A stretch of 64,000 nucleotides of DNA from assembly GCA_051382335.1 (NCBI GenBank), contig JBBCAX010000033.1:49123-113122 (forward strand), read 5' to 3'. Made by a program: the position numbers and the translations under genes. Shown here one piece after another: positions 41,201 through 52,101 of this stretch (positions within the stretch are counted from its first letter, which is position 1; each line of letters starts with the position of its first letter). Below the pieces are notes generated by a model. That model did no database searches. It was not told the DNA's origin and saw only the letters and a program-made list of their open reading frames with translations. The DNA is from Deltaproteobacteria bacterium TL4. GTDB taxonomy: Bacteria > SAR324 > NAC60-12.

Positions 41201-41763
41201 ACTGGGGTTTGAAGAATTTTGTATTGTATCACTTTTATGCGGCTCAGGCTGGGACTTATACCATTGAAACTACCAGTTCCACCGATACTGTTCTGATTCT
41301 CTATGATGCCTCAGGTACTAAAAAGATTGAAGATGACAATAGCGGTACCGACAAAAACGCAAAAATAACCTATACGGTGCAATCTTCTGACTCAGGTAGT
41401 TGGTATTTTGTCCAGGTTAAAGGCGCGAATGACAGTACTTTTGGTCTTTTCGAGATCCAGGTATCAGGACCTGAACTTTCAGCTCAGATAACCACTTTGC
41501 CGCAAACGTGGGATACCACTACTGCCGATAAAGGAATTGTCCTTTCCTGGTATGATCAGGCTTATCATAAGCTTTATATTGCCGCTCCTGATGAAAGCGT
41601 TTCTTCCGGTTCTATTACGATCAGCCATTTTGGTGCTATTGGAAAAATTGTCCGAGGGCAATTCCCCAAAGAGGGTTCTGATGGCGTCATGCGAGCGGTA
41701 GACGACAGTGGGGCAACCGTTGAGATTCAAAAAGGTTATTTCAACATTCTAAGAAGCGAGTAG
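38290..41763 (+). CDS. surface lipoprotein with ~12 carboxypeptidase-regulatory-like (CarboxypepD_reg/Cna-B-like) repeats, a (GGTTS)n linker and a C-terminal PPC (pre-peptidase C-terminal) domain
   Basis: It has a lipobox (LWFVAC). There are about 12 repeated modules of roughly 90 aa (G.I.G.VKD..T..PL.GV.V...G....T...G.F.L), each ending in Y.V.FSKEGY-type strands. The C-terminal domain has PPC-like features ([17 protein letters not shown]...WYFVQVKG). Confidence 0.7.
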   Translation: MVIMERFFVKIVLILLSLLIPLWFVACEGKKNDSTDPKNAAEATGVITGIIKDTSTNKPLKGVVISAVAGEATFTAESAIDGSFILEIKPVQRTDGYDVQFSKEGYEAATKSAVFDLPNLRVELGTVLLTPVSTEKTPSGKIIGLVKDSATIKGIAGVKVSVDVKGTIVTTDTDLTGAFTLEVKGAQAGEGYSVQFSKDGYQNATRAASFDQKLEVDLDVVSLTPSTTSVTSGGTTSGGTTSGGTTSGGTTSGGTTSGGTTSGGTTSGGTTSGGTTSGGTTSGGDASEDVIEPTIKTGVIQGTIKDNSGSPLKEVQIFLSIGTSTLNMKSGVDGTFSMSVEGVQENENYKIAFSKEGYEKNSQVISFDTSDLKVDMATVSLTNEDITPVETHAGQLTGIVKDVVSGNPLEGAKIYVFVNDLYYAASGVDGAFALELNGIQDAAASAILIKKTGYQDFSNTILFASPTYNLEMGVVSLSPVQVVAEKKIVGTVIDSFSASGLANVLVTVQDSKSATKTALTNENGEFSISGKDFYLESSYTLSLTKTNYVERSDVSVTISGDTNLIDKSIVRLYKQAGKISGDIKDEATGTPLKDTVVTATDSLGAEVSATTDAQGHFTLASDYFLLGETYQVVVSGGSDFHPTQTSVKISTTSDQSPNLISEVTLLKPVSVSGIVKDTNGNPISNLKVTVEGLPDEVITDGEGKFTLSGTSYLRNTAYKLTFTKEGYTSETVTSSLLGTGVNIMGDIQLAAEVTTPPVEQPSSGWRSLSGKVVDYWKDAIGLSPTALQDATVKVTDDGTAIRSDLTDANGSFEISGNFTVAKNYTLTISKSGFTGTQEMELKSEVTMGNAPYTSGTFALYPLGVFTKLKRSTDSSSTELNLNQQLKQTYEKFLTGKTGFTLSARDDNDLNKANTFYIHLDDSSFPSSLPSGLGKHSNYLAVGGAQKKGALTEGLGSDSRITNTQWEGTTTNWGLKNFVLYHFYAAQAGTYTIETTSSTDTVLILYDASGTKKIEDDNSGTDKNAKITYTVQSSDSGSWYFVQVKGANDSTFGLFEIQVSGPELSAQITTLPQTWDTTTADKGIVLSWYDQAYHKLYIAAPDESVSSGSITISHFGAIGKIVRGQFPKEGSDGVMRAVDDSGATVEIQKGYFNILRSE
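38984..39141 (+). repeat. 15-bp in-frame tandem repeat (~10 units) encoding (GGTTS)n
   Basis: The units GGTACCACTTCAGGG / GGGACTACTTCAGGA repeat head-to-tail. The minus-strand ORF here translating to (PPEVV)n is antisense noise. Confidence 0.85.
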
Positions 41764-41767
41764 AGAC

Positions 41768-42439
41768 ATGAAACATAAAACATTCCCGAAGATAGTTCCT
41801 GTTTTCTTGATGGTGTTCATGATTGGTGGCATATTATTCTCATTAAGCGCTGATCCAGGCCAGTTAGGAACAGGACAACTAAAATTCAAAATTGGTGAAA
41901 AAGATTATTTATTCCTGAACGCACAGGGAACTGTTGAGACAAAAGCGGGTCAAAAGGTTATTACCGTCGGTCTGAAGGATGCTCAACAGAAAACAAAATT
42001 ATACATTACGGCTTTCCTTGCGGATGAAGCTTTGGAAAACCATCTCAGCACCCAGTATCATGAAATCTCCTTGATGTTCAAGGATCCTGATGCTTCTATT
42101 TTTGTGATGCCCGCTGTGCGTCTGGCAAGACAAACCAGTTTCCTCTATGCACAAAAAGTAGGAACAGGCAGAAACATACGCTATGTAAGAACAGCTCCTG
42201 ATTGGGCGAATATGTCTAGAAAAGAGCGGCTTGACACGGGTAAAGGGGTGATTCGTCGCAAGCAAATGGAAGATACCGCTTTCTTTCTGAATTTATATCC
42301 AACCTTGAAAAATGGACAACTCGTGGAACTAAAGGGGGTATTTTCCGGAGTGGTAAAACAGAAAAACAGTACCACCCAGGCAATGCAAAACACCACAATC
42401 AATGATGGCGAATTCCGCGTTATTGTTCAGCAGTATTAA
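41768..42439 (+). CDS. hypothetical secreted protein
   Basis: 223 aa with an N-terminal signal/TM. It starts 4 bp after the upstream lipoprotein gene, so it is probably co-transcribed. Confidence 0.4.
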   Translation: MKHKTFPKIVPVFLMVFMIGGILFSLSADPGQLGTGQLKFKIGEKDYLFLNAQGTVETKAGQKVITVGLKDAQQKTKLYITAFLADEALENHLSTQYHEISLMFKDPDASIFVMPAVRLARQTSFLYAQKVGTGRNIRYVRTAPDWANMSRKERLDTGKGVIRRKQMEDTAFFLNLYPTLKNGQLVELKGVFSGVVKQKNSTTQAMQNTTINDGEFRVIVQQY

Positions 42440-42486
42440 GTTTACTTTGTTGAGGTTTTTGACCCTATTTTTAAGAAGGTGTAAAA

Positions 42487-43974
42487 ATGAAAAAATGGAA
42501 CTATAGACGCATAATAATTTTCGGTTTTTTTATGATGATTCCTTTCAGTATTTATTCCTATACTGACAACACTCATCAGAATTTTTCGGAAGACGCTCTC
42601 ATTTTTATGGAAACAGAGGGTTCCAATCAGATGCGTTGGGTGGCTGATTATTACAAGGCCAAAGCGGGTGGGCGCTATACAGGGGTCTGTGAGAACAAAT
42701 CGGATGAGACGAATCCTCTCGAATCTGCCAATGCCGGTCCGGAATGCGGAGCCATTGGTATTGCTCGGGTGGGTGGCGTAAAGCCTGATTATTTCCGTGA
42801 TGTGTTCTGGGATGATTTTACGATCTTTCATTGGAACATTCCCAATCCTTTTTATAGAAACAATTTCACCTCCTGGTCCCATTTTATTAATCTCTTGCAA
42901 AAAGCGGATGAGGGACATGATATCGTTACCAACAACTATAACGATTATGATGGTTATTCTTATAATAACTCTTTTGGTTTTCCTTCAATGGGACTCGATT
43001 ATGCTGTTGCTTCTGGAATGAATAACGCATGGATGACCATTGATCTGCCCCATTGTACCCATAGCAGATGTGCCGAGAGATATTCGATTGTCCCCAATCC
43101 CAATCCTGCGGTAGACTATAAGCAAAACCGTGCGACAACGTCTTTGGGGACACCTCAAACTGAGAAGAAATCAGGGGGTGGCAATGGCACGAATTATAAT
43201 TGTTTTAGCGATTCATCTCTAGGGAATTGTCCTGATTCCGGTTATAGCAAAACCTGTAAATCTGCCAACTGCGGATGGTTTAGCTGTAGTGGGCCAAAGA
43301 GTGGGGGGCCTTTCCAAATTCCAGGTGACAACATTCATTGTGGAAAAGGCAAGAGTTGCAGTGACAGTGATGGAGAGTGTGGTCCGGGACAAGGTAACCC
43401 CTCTGTGAGTGACGAGGACTGGGTCATCTATGAGCCGGCTGACAATGCGGGAACCTTCTTTTATAATGAGTTTTTTCTGGAAGGAGGTACCAGTCGAAAC
43501 ACCCAGTTGGATATTGCTGCCGTTGCGGGACGGTATTATTCAATCCAGGGAAATGAGCTGATTCATGTGTTTGCGCCTTTACACTGGGCAGCGGATTCCG
43601 GAGTACAGCCTCACATCTGGGCCACGCTTGGCTATAACCATTCAGAGACGGAAACATGGATTGATGAACAGTATGGCAAACGGAAAGTGGGAGGGAACGA
43701 TGTGAGTAAAAACTACGAAAATTACGACCATGTGAAAGCTTATCTTGCCTCACGACAGAATCACTACGAAGGTATTGAGCTGGATGATCTTTTTATGGAA
43801 CAGGCCTTTCTGACTTATCACCTCCGATTGCGAAATGGCCATGATACCCAAAGTAACTCTGACGATGCCTCCAACAGAAACTATTATATCTGGGCCGTCC
43901 CTAATGTCATCACGACGGAAGCTCTGATTATTGAAAAGGGTGTGATGGATTTGAGAAAATATAAGGGTAACTAA
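42487..43974 (+). CDS. hypothetical secreted Cys-rich protein, possibly zinc-dependent phospholipase C / S1-P1 nuclease-like fold
   Basis: It has a signal peptide. After cleavage the N-terminus has a TH....A motif, then DVFWDDF, which resembles the HFWDPD zinc-ligand region of Zn-PLC. The central part is a Cys/Gly-rich module (NCFSDSSLGNCPDSGYSKTCKSANCGWFSCSG...). Confidence 0.35.
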   Translation: MKKWNYRRIIIFGFFMMIPFSIYSYTDNTHQNFSEDALIFMETEGSNQMRWVADYYKAKAGGRYTGVCENKSDETNPLESANAGPECGAIGIARVGGVKPDYFRDVFWDDFTIFHWNIPNPFYRNNFTSWSHFINLLQKADEGHDIVTNNYNDYDGYSYNNSFGFPSMGLDYAVASGMNNAWMTIDLPHCTHSRCAERYSIVPNPNPAVDYKQNRATTSLGTPQTEKKSGGGNGTNYNCFSDSSLGNCPDSGYSKTCKSANCGWFSCSGPKSGGPFQIPGDNIHCGKGKSCSDSDGECGPGQGNPSVSDEDWVIYEPADNAGTFFYNEFFLEGGTSRNTQLDIAAVAGRYYSIQGNELIHVFAPLHWAADSGVQPHIWATLGYNHSETETWIDEQYGKRKVGGNDVSKNYENYDHVKAYLASRQNHYEGIELDDLFMEQAFLTYHLRLRNGHDTQSNSDDASNRNYYIWAVPNVITTEALIIEKGVMDLRKYKGN

Positions 43975-43985
43975 ATAAGATCTAT

Positions 43986-44041
43986 GGGTTCAGAGTTCAA
44001 CGCTAAGATCGGTGAGCTCTGAATCTTGAACCCCTGAACCC
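43986..44041. terminator. imperfect hairpin with reiterated CTGAACC motifs downstream of the 38290-43974 gene string
   Basis: GGGTTCAGAGTTCAA pairs with TTGAACCCCTGAACCC (one bulge). There is no U tract, so it is only a possible terminator or protein-binding element. Confidence 0.3.
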
Positions 44042-44062
44042 TTAACCTCTGAACCATCACTC

Positions 44063-45376
44063 ATGACCGCCCAATTCAAAAAAGTGCGGGTCGTCTCCGG
44101 ACTCGCCCTGATGACCTTATTGCTCCTCATCGCCCTCTTTTTTTTTCTCAAGTTATCCGAACCAGAACCCGTTTTGACCTTTCGAGGCGGAAGCATTTCT
44201 CAGAATACTTACCATTTTCTTCATCAAACCGAGTATGCCCATCTGAATGATGATGAATTAATTCAAAAATTAAAGGATCGAGAAGTTCAGGGAGCTTTGG
44301 CGACCAAACAAGGTTTGAAGGATAACAAAATGTATCACTGGGCTTTAAATTTAAGAAGAAGAAGCCGATTGAGCCGGGGGGCTCATTTAATTTGGAGAAA
44401 CTTGGATCCCGCCCATTCAGATGAAAATTTTGAGTATGATCAGATTTGGAAGGACTTGAAATTCGAGATAAATCTGGATCACCTCTCTGAGCAAATTACT
44501 CAGTATGTGGACAAAAATGAAATTAATCCCCGTTTGAAAATCGATCCTGAGGACTTGATCGCAGGGCGTTGGAGTGAGGGGGAAATTACCTTGGCTATGT
44601 TGAAAAAGGAGATGTTGAGTGAAGAATGGGAACGGATGCTGACTTTTGCGCCTGTTCCTCGCAAACAGGAATTGAGCGCTGCACTGAAAACCGTGACTGA
44701 TTTTTTTCTCTACAGTAAAGCGATCAAGCGGTTCCGGGCGGTTGAAGAAGAGCTGATTCGTCAGGATCACAATCACGTCGCTGCCATTTATCTCCCTGCC
44801 CGTTATGGTCAATCGGCGGGTGCTTTTCCGGTGGACCCCATTCAGATTGAGTTTAAGTCCACAGAATTATTTGATCATTTTTTCAAAATCAAAGAGAGCT
44901 TAAAAAGAATTAATTGGGTCAAATGTCGTTATGTCGTGGTTAACGATTCAACAACCGCCGAACTTGTTTATGAACGGCTGAGAAATGGGGATCCCTTTTT
45001 ATCACTGGCCGAAATCTATGCCATCAATAAAGATTATCTTCAGACGGCTGGTGAAATAAATCAGATCTACCGGGTTGATCCCAAATATGGTTTGGAGCGG
45101 GATCATCTTCGTCCCTATATTGAACGTGTGATACTCTACATGGCAAAGGAAGAAATACGGTTGCCAAAGCCGCTTCCCCTGGATAAAGGTTACCTTGTCG
45201 CGGATCTTTTGAAGATAGAAAAAGAGAATGAGGAACTCCAATTTAAAGACTTTCGGATCATGGTCAAACTGGATCTTCAGAAAGAATTATTGGCACGTCA
45301 GTTTCCCATTGATTTGCAGGATATGCGACAGGAACTCAATTTTCAGCAATTTGAAATAAAACCGATACCTCAATAA
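44063..45376 (+). CDS. membrane-anchored parvulin-type peptidyl-prolyl isomerase-like protein (SurA/PrsA/PpiD-like)
   Basis: It has an N-terminal TM anchor. The parvulin-like segment CRYVVVNDSTTAELVYERLRNGDPFLSLAEIYAINKDYLQTAGEI fits the HIL....A..i...l..G..F..lA..yS pattern of PpiC domains. Confidence 0.45.
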   Translation: MTAQFKKVRVVSGLALMTLLLLIALFFFLKLSEPEPVLTFRGGSISQNTYHFLHQTEYAHLNDDELIQKLKDREVQGALATKQGLKDNKMYHWALNLRRRSRLSRGAHLIWRNLDPAHSDENFEYDQIWKDLKFEINLDHLSEQITQYVDKNEINPRLKIDPEDLIAGRWSEGEITLAMLKKEMLSEEWERMLTFAPVPRKQELSAALKTVTDFFLYSKAIKRFRAVEEELIRQDHNHVAAIYLPARYGQSAGAFPVDPIQIEFKSTELFDHFFKIKESLKRINWVKCRYVVVNDSTTAELVYERLRNGDPFLSLAEIYAINKDYLQTAGEINQIYRVDPKYGLERDHLRPYIERVILYMAKEEIRLPKPLPLDKGYLVADLLKIEKENEELQFKDFRIMVKLDLQKELLARQFPIDLQDMRQELNFQQFEIKPIPQ

Positions 45377-45434
45377 AAAAGATTTGATGAAAGCCTGACC
45401 GAAACAGGTTTCCAGGGAAACGAGAAGCCATTTT

Positions 45435-47417
45435 TTAGAACTTGAAGCGATGGACTAAATTGGTCAGACTCGTAGAAAGTTCGCCCATCACATGAGAAAC
45501 CTTTTCCTGTTCTGTGATGACCTTGTCCATATCCTGAAGTAAGATTGAGTTTTCGTTACTAATATTGGTTAGGCGATCCATAGAGTCCACAATATTGCGA
45601 ATACTATCTCTTTGTTCTTGCGTTGAAGAAGAGATGCCGTGAATAATCCCTGCGACTTTTTGTGTTTTTTGAATAATTTTCTGCAGGGTTCCATGGACAT
45701 TCTGAGCCGCTTCCTGTCCTCGGTTGATACGGAGGTTGGATTCTTCAATAATTCTTGAAATCTCACTGGTTGATTCTCCAGAACGTTCCGCCAGTCGACG
45801 TACTTCATCAGCGACCACAGCAAATCCCTTTCCCTGTTCTCCGGCTTTGGCGGCTTCAATCGCGGCATTGAGTGAGAGCAAGTTGGTTTGGTTGGATATT
45901 TCTCCAATGGTGGTAATGATATTATTCATTTGATCCGCACTATCCGCAATCAGTTCCATGCCTCTCAACATGTCTTTGACCGCAGTATTTGCTTGCTCGG
46001 CTTCATTGCTGGTTTCTGTCATAACGCCAGAGGCTTGCTGTGCATTGTTGGCAATAGCTCCAACGGAATCTCGTATTTCTGTAGTCACATCTGAGGTTTG
46101 TTGAATGGCGGCAACTTGCTCCCCCGCACCCTGGGTAATCCGATGTGCCGTTTTCGCAATTTCCTTCAGGGCTCTTTCCAAATTATGCCCAACCGCTGAA
46201 ACTTGCGTTGCTTGTTTATCGACGGATTTGATGATGCCATGAAGTTGTTCTATAAAGCGATTAAAATACTCTGTGATCTTTCCCAGTTCTCCAGAGTCTC
46301 GAATATGAAGTCGAGAGCGTAAATCGCCTTCACCTTCAATGAGTTGGTGAAAAGCATTGCTAATAGAACGTAGCTTTTTAACCGCTTTCTGCATCAGGAA
46401 AACGCAAAGAACAATCAAGATCATGAGAGAAATCCCAATTACCGTAATTTGTGAGATGGCGAAATGGATCAATCCTTCAAATAACTCATACCGTTTGTCT
46501 ACAACAATGAGCTGCAATCCAAATTCAGGCAACATACGGGAGCTATACACCCAATCCGCATACTCACCAAAGTTAACGTCATCCGCTTCAATCACATGCT
46601 TATAAATGGCGGGAGCCAAAAGTTTATCCGGAGCCTGGTTTTGAAAAACCGCCTTTGTGACGTTGAGCCCCGTAAACGCAATGACCTTATTTTTTCTTTT
46701 GTCCGTTTTCTCTCCATTCCTAAAAAACACCTCTTCTTTAAATAAACTCTCCCGTTCAATCAGCAGGGCGTACCCACTCTCCCCAAGTTGCATTTCTGAA
46801 ATAATTTTGGTCAGTTCCCCAATACTGATGTCAACAGAAGCAACCCCTACAAATTTACCCTCACTCCTGATGGGAACACTGACGCGTTTCATAATCATAT
46901 TTTCTGAGTTTTCATTGGCATAGGCACGAGTCCATATCGGTTTATCCAATTCTTTAGGTGCGTTATACCAACTCCAGGTATGGTAGTCATAAGCATCAGA
47001 ACTCAAAATCCATTCAAATTTGATTTCTCGCTCAGGAGAAGTGGTATAACCTTGAGACATCGCATAATTTTTATTATCAAACCACCCAGGCTCAAACGCA
47101 AAGGCCGCACCATAAATAGAGGGGTTGCTGACTACAAGATGCTTTGTAAAAAGCCCAATTTTTTCCATACCTTGAGCATTAAAATCTGCAGCGGCTAAGG
47201 CCGTAATCTGGGGAATCCCCTGTTGTGCCTGGAAATAGGTGGAAATGCGTGTGCTTAAGGTGTCTACATTCTTGGAAAAGTTCTCTTTGATACTCGTTTT
47301 CAAAATTCTGCTAATGGAAGAATATCCCGCTACTCCTGAGCCAATAAGCGCAATGGTGCTGATGCAAACCAGTAATATCAATATGGCACGAATGGACAAT
47401 CGTTCTAATATTTTCAT
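45435..47417 (-). CDS. methyl-accepting chemotaxis protein with periplasmic Cache-like sensor, HAMP and MCP signalling domain
   Basis: It has two TM helices flanking a ~300-aa periplasmic domain, a HAMP domain, and the highly conserved MCP tip ([35 protein letters not shown]). Confidence 0.9.
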   Translation of the reverse strand: MKILERLSIRAILILLVCISTIALIGSGVAGYSSISRILKTSIKENFSKNVDTLSTRISTYFQAQQGIPQITALAAADFNAQGMEKIGLFTKHLVVSNPSIYGAAFAFEPGWFDNKNYAMSQGYTTSPEREIKFEWILSSDAYDYHTWSWYNAPKELDKPIWTRAYANENSENMIMKRVSVPIRSEGKFVGVASVDISIGELTKIISEMQLGESGYALLIERESLFKEEVFFRNGEKTDKRKNKVIAFTGLNVTKAVFQNQAPDKLLAPAIYKHVIEADDVNFGEYADWVYSSRMLPEFGLQLIVVDKRYELFEGLIHFAISQITVIGISLMILIVLCVFLMQKAVKKLRSISNAFHQLIEGEGDLRSRLHIRDSGELGKITEYFNRFIEQLHGIIKSVDKQATQVSAVGHNLERALKEIAKTAHRITQGAGEQVAAIQQTSDVTTEIRDSVGAIANNAQQASGVMTETSNEAEQANTAVKDMLRGMELIADSADQMNNIITTIGEISNQTNLLSLNAAIEAAKAGEQGKGFAVVADEVRRLAERSGESTSEISRIIEESNLRINRGQEAAQNVHGTLQKIIQKTQKVAGIIHGISSSTQEQRDSIRNIVDSMDRLTNISNENSILLQDMDKVITEQEKVSHVMGELSTSLTNLVHRFKF

Positions 47418-48058
47418 GCAATTCTCCTTATTCCTCTATTCTCTGACAAACATTTAAAAAACTGTGATTTTTATGTGCACAAGCTTGCACAATCCAGACC
47501 TAACTTTTCGTCAAACCCCCAACCCAATGCGAGAAAATAATAACTTCAGTGCCTCAGCTTTCAGGTTTGCGCTGGGAACAGGAAGGTTTAAAACCTATCT
47601 ACTCCTTTTCACACAAAACGTAAAGCAATCCTAGTATCCATTATTGACATCTTCTCTTATAAAAAGCTATGGGTAAATATGATGTGGAATTTAAATGCCA
47701 TTTCATTGTTGGGCTTCTAAAGAGTTGTTCTTGCCAAAATAGAAAAAGAAGGAAAGACTTTCGATTAAAACAAGTAATAGAAATTTTTCATTAAAGAAAA
47801 TGTTCGTAAGAATTTTTGAAACCATAATTGTTCTCGTTTGCCTAATATTTTGTAATCATGGACTTAAGATAGTTGACGACTGCTTATTCAAACTCAACCA
47901 GAGGCTACAATGAAAACTATAGAAATCTTCTTGTCGCTCAGGACTCAACTCCCGCCAGTCCACATCCCTCCACGCCAAAGTCTGTAACAATGGTTCAGAC
48001 TTTTTCCTCAAGCGATGTTTCGCTTCAGGGTTTGAAGATTTTGGGCTTTCAAGGCCAG

Positions 48059-48796
48059 CTAGGTGGCCTGTGAAAGAGCCTGAAGCGGATGAAATAAATC
48101 GGGGGCATGATGTGCCGACAAGCCTTGGGTGATGTGGTTTAACAACCCTTTTCCTTCATCACTTCCCACCTGAATCACCTCCACCGGCATTCCCTTCATG
48201 GCCTTTGAGAGTTCCTCCGTCCCTGTTTTTCCTTCACGATGGGGCGCATAGGTTTCCAAAACGATATAATTCGAGACCGCTTCCAGTCCCACTAGACAGA
48301 GTTGATCCTCATGAAAGGTTTCATCCTCTAACATCGTAATCCGCTTGGGACTCATCCCCGCTGATAAGCGAGCCCCTTCTTCCTTCTGATAATGACGAAT
48401 CAACTCCGCCACTTCCTGCCCAAACGAGCTTTGACTCCCGTGAGAGGAACCCACAAAGGACGAACTTTGACTTAACTCCAAAAAATGGCAGAGGACATCG
48501 ATTCCACAATGGCCATTTTGTGAAAAACAAAGGTGGGCCGCCAAAACAACTCCTTTGAGAAACTCAAATCCGACTGTACTTTCAAAAAATGCCACCACTT
48601 CAGGCGGTTGCTTGATCTTTTGTCTTCGTTCATCCCAGTGTCGTACCGTACTTCGAGGTACTCCAATAGCTTGAGATGCGTTTTCCTGCGTCATTCCGGA
48701 TTGCCTTATCTGACGATAGTTCTCCAAATGGACAATACCGGATTCTCGACTGGAGTGTGTTACACTGTTTGTTGCTGGGGTTGGATTGGATGACAT
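48059..48796 (-). CDS. HTH-containing transposase-like protein, probably a truncated IS remnant
   Basis: The N-terminal HTH (HLENYRQIRQSGMTQENASQAIGVPRSTVRHW) resembles the IstA-type/HTH_Tnp N-terminal domains of transposases. The 245-aa ORF lacks a complete DDE core and is followed by ~540 bp with no ORF. Family not assigned. Confidence 0.3.
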   Translation of the reverse strand: MSSNPTPATNSVTHSSRESGIVHLENYRQIRQSGMTQENASQAIGVPRSTVRHWDERRQKIKQPPEVVAFFESTVGFEFLKGVVLAAHLCFSQNGHCGIDVLCHFLELSQSSSFVGSSHGSQSSFGQEVAELIRHYQKEEGARLSAGMSPKRITMLEDETFHEDQLCLVGLEAVSNYIVLETYAPHREGKTGTEELSKAMKGMPVEVIQVGSDEGKGLLNHITQGLSAHHAPDLFHPLQALSQAT

Positions 48797-48920
48797 CGGA
48801 ATTCCTCATAGAGAAAAGTGGAAAAATTCCTTCCTTTTTTCAAATTCCTTCCTGTTTGTCTATCCTTGGATTGCCTCCATTTTGGCGAAACGATGACTAT
48901 GGCCCTGAAGGCCTTCAATT

Positions 48921-50414
48921 TCAGCTCAACGATTGATAGGCAAGATTGAGTCCTTCAATCAGATCCATGGCGCTCATGTAGGGAGACGTGAGTTTATCTT
49001 TCAAACAGTCCGCGGATAAACCGTGCAGATAAACCCCGGCTAATGCGGCTTGAAGCGGATCACAACCTTGAGCCAGGAAACCGCCAATGATCCCGCTCAA
49101 TACATCCCCTGAGCCTCCTGTTGCCATGCCTTCATTTCCTGTTGGATTAATAAACACACTTCCCTCAGGGCTGGCAACCAAACTATTGGCCCCTTTCAGT
49201 AAAAGAACAACCTCCCACTCTTCCGCATATTGACGTGCGGTTTCAATTCGACGATTTTGAATTTCTGCGGTATTCAAGCCGCAAAGTCTCGATAATTCTT
49301 TGGGGTGAGGCGTAATCACCGTGGGCCCCTTTCGCTTTTTTAAGAGAGCGGCGTTGATATTATTTAGGCCATCGGCATCCAGCAAAATAGGCTTTTCTGT
49401 GTTAAGGATCAATTCTCGAATGAAAGGACCGGTTTTCGCATGTTGCCCCACGCCACATCCCACAACAGCGGCATCTCTTAATTGAAGCTGAGCCAGAACA
49501 AAGGGAAGCTGAGCTTGGGAAAAGTGTTTACTTTTCCCAGAAGGAACCAGAGTCATGATTTCAGGAGGTTGGCAGGGTAAGGCGTCTCGCAGACAAGCAG
49601 GCACACAGGCGGAAACCAGGCCTGTTCCATTTTTCAAGGCCGCATAGCTTGCCATCGTGGCCGCACCGCCCATGCCCGCAGAGCCGCAAACTGTCAGTAA
49701 ATGCCCGAACGACCCTTTATGAGCGCTTGCGGAACGTTTGGGGAGAAGTTGGCGAATGAAAGGATGATTCAATAAATAAACTGATTTTTCAGAAGGTTCC
49801 CAATATTTTGGAATAGAAATATCGGGTATTTCTATTTTCCCCGCATATTCTGCCCCTGGATATTGATGACAGCCTTGTTTTCCTACTTGAAAGCTCACAG
49901 TCAGGTCACAGCATGTCGCGATTCCCATAATTCGGCTATCGTCAGAATGGACACCAGACGGAATATCAACCGCGACACGAATCGCGGTCAATTGATTGAT
50001 GGTTTCAATCCACTCCCGATAGATCCCTTCAATCTCGCGCTCTAATCCGGTCCCAAAGATAGCGTCAATGAGAATATCAGCCTCCGCCATGAGGGACTGC
50101 GCTTCCTTTCCCGGATAGGAGAGACTTGCTCCGAAATGGGACCATAGTTTTTGATTCAACTGCGCGTCCTCAGACCTCGCCGGTCCTGTTTCTATCACAG
50201 TAACCTGATAGCCTCTATTCTTCAACAGCCTCGCGATGGCGTATCCGTCACCTCCATTATTGCCTTTCCCGCAACAGACCACAATCGTAGCCTCAGGTTT
50301 TTCCCTTAGATAATGGTGTTCCACAGAATCCGCAACACTCCTGGCTGCGTTCTCCATGAGCACGATTCCTGGAATGCCTAAATCCTGAATGGCTCTTCGA
50401 TCCATTTCTTGCAT
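48921..50414 (-). CDS. nnr: bifunctional NAD(P)H-hydrate repair enzyme Nnr (YjeF_N epimerase + ADP-dependent dehydratase)
   Basis: The YjeF_N domain has CGKGNNGGDGYAIAR. The C-terminal carbohydrate-kinase-like domain has GSAGMGGAATMASYAALKNGTGLV and GGSGDVLSG. The start is placed at the MQEMD ATG; the ORF could extend to 50558. Confidence 0.85.
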   Translation of the reverse strand: MQEMDRRAIQDLGIPGIVLMENAARSVADSVEHHYLREKPEATIVVCCGKGNNGGDGYAIARLLKNRGYQVTVIETGPARSEDAQLNQKLWSHFGASLSYPGKEAQSLMAEADILIDAIFGTGLEREIEGIYREWIETINQLTAIRVAVDIPSGVHSDDSRIMGIATCCDLTVSFQVGKQGCHQYPGAEYAGKIEIPDISIPKYWEPSEKSVYLLNHPFIRQLLPKRSASAHKGSFGHLLTVCGSAGMGGAATMASYAALKNGTGLVSACVPACLRDALPCQPPEIMTLVPSGKSKHFSQAQLPFVLAQLQLRDAAVVGCGVGQHAKTGPFIRELILNTEKPILLDADGLNNINAALLKKRKGPTVITPHPKELSRLCGLNTAEIQNRRIETARQYAEEWEVVLLLKGANSLVASPEGSVFINPTGNEGMATGGSGDVLSGIIGGFLAQGCDPLQAALAGVYLHGLSADCLKDKLTSPYMSAMDLIEGLNLAYQSLS

Positions 50415-50681
50415 GGATTTTGCGGTACATAAACGAGTTAAAAGATGAAGATAATTTTTAATCTGAAACGTCTGTTTGATCGGCATGGCCTGTAATTCAT
50501 GAAGTTGTTGCGTGTGCTTCTTGTTGAAGCAATTTACTGTATTATAGAGGAGGAACACTTCCTTATCAATATTTTAATTGGACTCTCAGCGGATGCAAAT
50601 AATGCTGGTTCAGCAGGGTTCTTACTTTATGATGATTGCGGCACAAAACGATGGGACAAGCTCAATCCGAGGCTTGGTCGC

Positions 50682-51977
50682 TTAGAAAGTGGTTTGATAC
50701 GACAGATGGCCTCCATCCCAAAAATTACCCAGTAAATCATCCATATTCCAGCTCGTCGTCAGCAACAAATAATCACTCCTTGTATAACGGTATTCCCAGC
50801 TAATCCGAAGTTTAGACTCCAAAGAATGCCCCTCTGTATCTTTTTTGACATTGGTTATAAAATCCTGGAGTTCCTTTGAATCCCCGTTGTATAAGCCAAA
50901 CTCCCAGGAAGCGTTTTCCGTATAAGCCCTTAAAAGAAGGAGATACAATTGCAGCGTCTGATAATAATAATCAAGACTCTGATGCTCATTGGAAAGATTT
51001 CTCAGGGTATTTTGAATACGATCATACTGGATTCCCACAGTGAGATGTGATTTGGAAGTGAGTTGATCCAACCAGTATATATCCGCAGAGTGGTATGACA
51101 TCTCCTGCTTACTGTTATTGGCACCCTCATCCGTATTCGGGGTCAATCGGGCTTTTTTAAAGTCGAACCCCTGGTAAGAGAAACCGAATAAACGCTGGGC
51201 TGAGAGAAAGCAGTCCAAAATTATTTTTCCTTCCTGCCCTTCATGAGTGAATGAAGTGTTTTGTTCGGGAAACTTCATACTTAAGGGATGGTCCCTCCTC
51301 CAGGAAAAACGTCCCTGCACCCTATTCGGAAGACGAAACGCCCCTTCTAACCGAGTCTCTCTGGGTTCTTGAATATAATAGGAATCATCATAAAAATTCT
51401 TTTCATTATAAAATACATCCTGATTCAATTGTGAGAATTTCAAGTAATGCCATCGGGAATCGCCAATAATAAAACCTCCCCCCAGATCCGCATCCCGTTT
51501 GTCATAAGCGGGGGTACCCATTGCGAAAAAAGCCAAAGGTTCCCAAAAATGAAATTCAATTTCTACAAGCTGCCGCATAGGTTTGATGGCATAAAATTCA
51601 TTCTGCCACAGTTTTAACTCAACAGTCACCCACTCGGAAAGCTTGCGGCGCCATTTCATTTCCATTGAGACATACAGTAAATCCACACCCAAACTGCCGC
51701 CAGAACCTCTCCAACCACTATCACTTTCGTACCAAAGGTCCTCCATTTCTTTTCGAAATTGATAGGCTTTCAAATCGAGAAAATTTTCTCGTTTAAAATC
51801 AATCAGATTGATTGTCCGGTCATTATCAAAAGCCCACGTCCTCTGTGAAAGAGATAAAAAAGCCATAACCATAATAATCCACATCGCATAACAAAGAAAC
51901 CAACTGATTTTTATAAATATTATGCTATCATCCTGAGTGTTGGAATCATGCATGGTAACCTTCTGGATGTAATTCAC
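50682..51977 (-). CDS. hypothetical outer-membrane beta-barrel-like protein
   Basis: 431 aa with an N-terminal hydrophobic segment, alternating amphipathic strands and a C-terminal ...YQTTF aromatic terminus. Confidence 0.35.
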   Translation of the reverse strand: MNYIQKVTMHDSNTQDDSIIFIKISWFLCYAMWIIMVMAFLSLSQRTWAFDNDRTINLIDFKRENFLDLKAYQFRKEMEDLWYESDSGWRGSGGSLGVDLLYVSMEMKWRRKLSEWVTVELKLWQNEFYAIKPMRQLVEIEFHFWEPLAFFAMGTPAYDKRDADLGGGFIIGDSRWHYLKFSQLNQDVFYNEKNFYDDSYYIQEPRETRLEGAFRLPNRVQGRFSWRRDHPLSMKFPEQNTSFTHEGQEGKIILDCFLSAQRLFGFSYQGFDFKKARLTPNTDEGANNSKQEMSYHSADIYWLDQLTSKSHLTVGIQYDRIQNTLRNLSNEHQSLDYYYQTLQLYLLLLRAYTENASWEFGLYNGDSKELQDFITNVKKDTEGHSLESKLRISWEYRYTRSDYLLLTTSWNMDDLLGNFWDGGHLSYQTTF

Positions 51978-52101
51978 GAAGAAACGTCTACTAAAATTAG
52001 TGAAATTATGGCAGATAACAGGAATAAAGAAAAGACAATGGTAACCTTTATGTCTTTGTGACTTAACGTCGTTACCATAATCATGGAATTCAGGATTTGA
52101 T

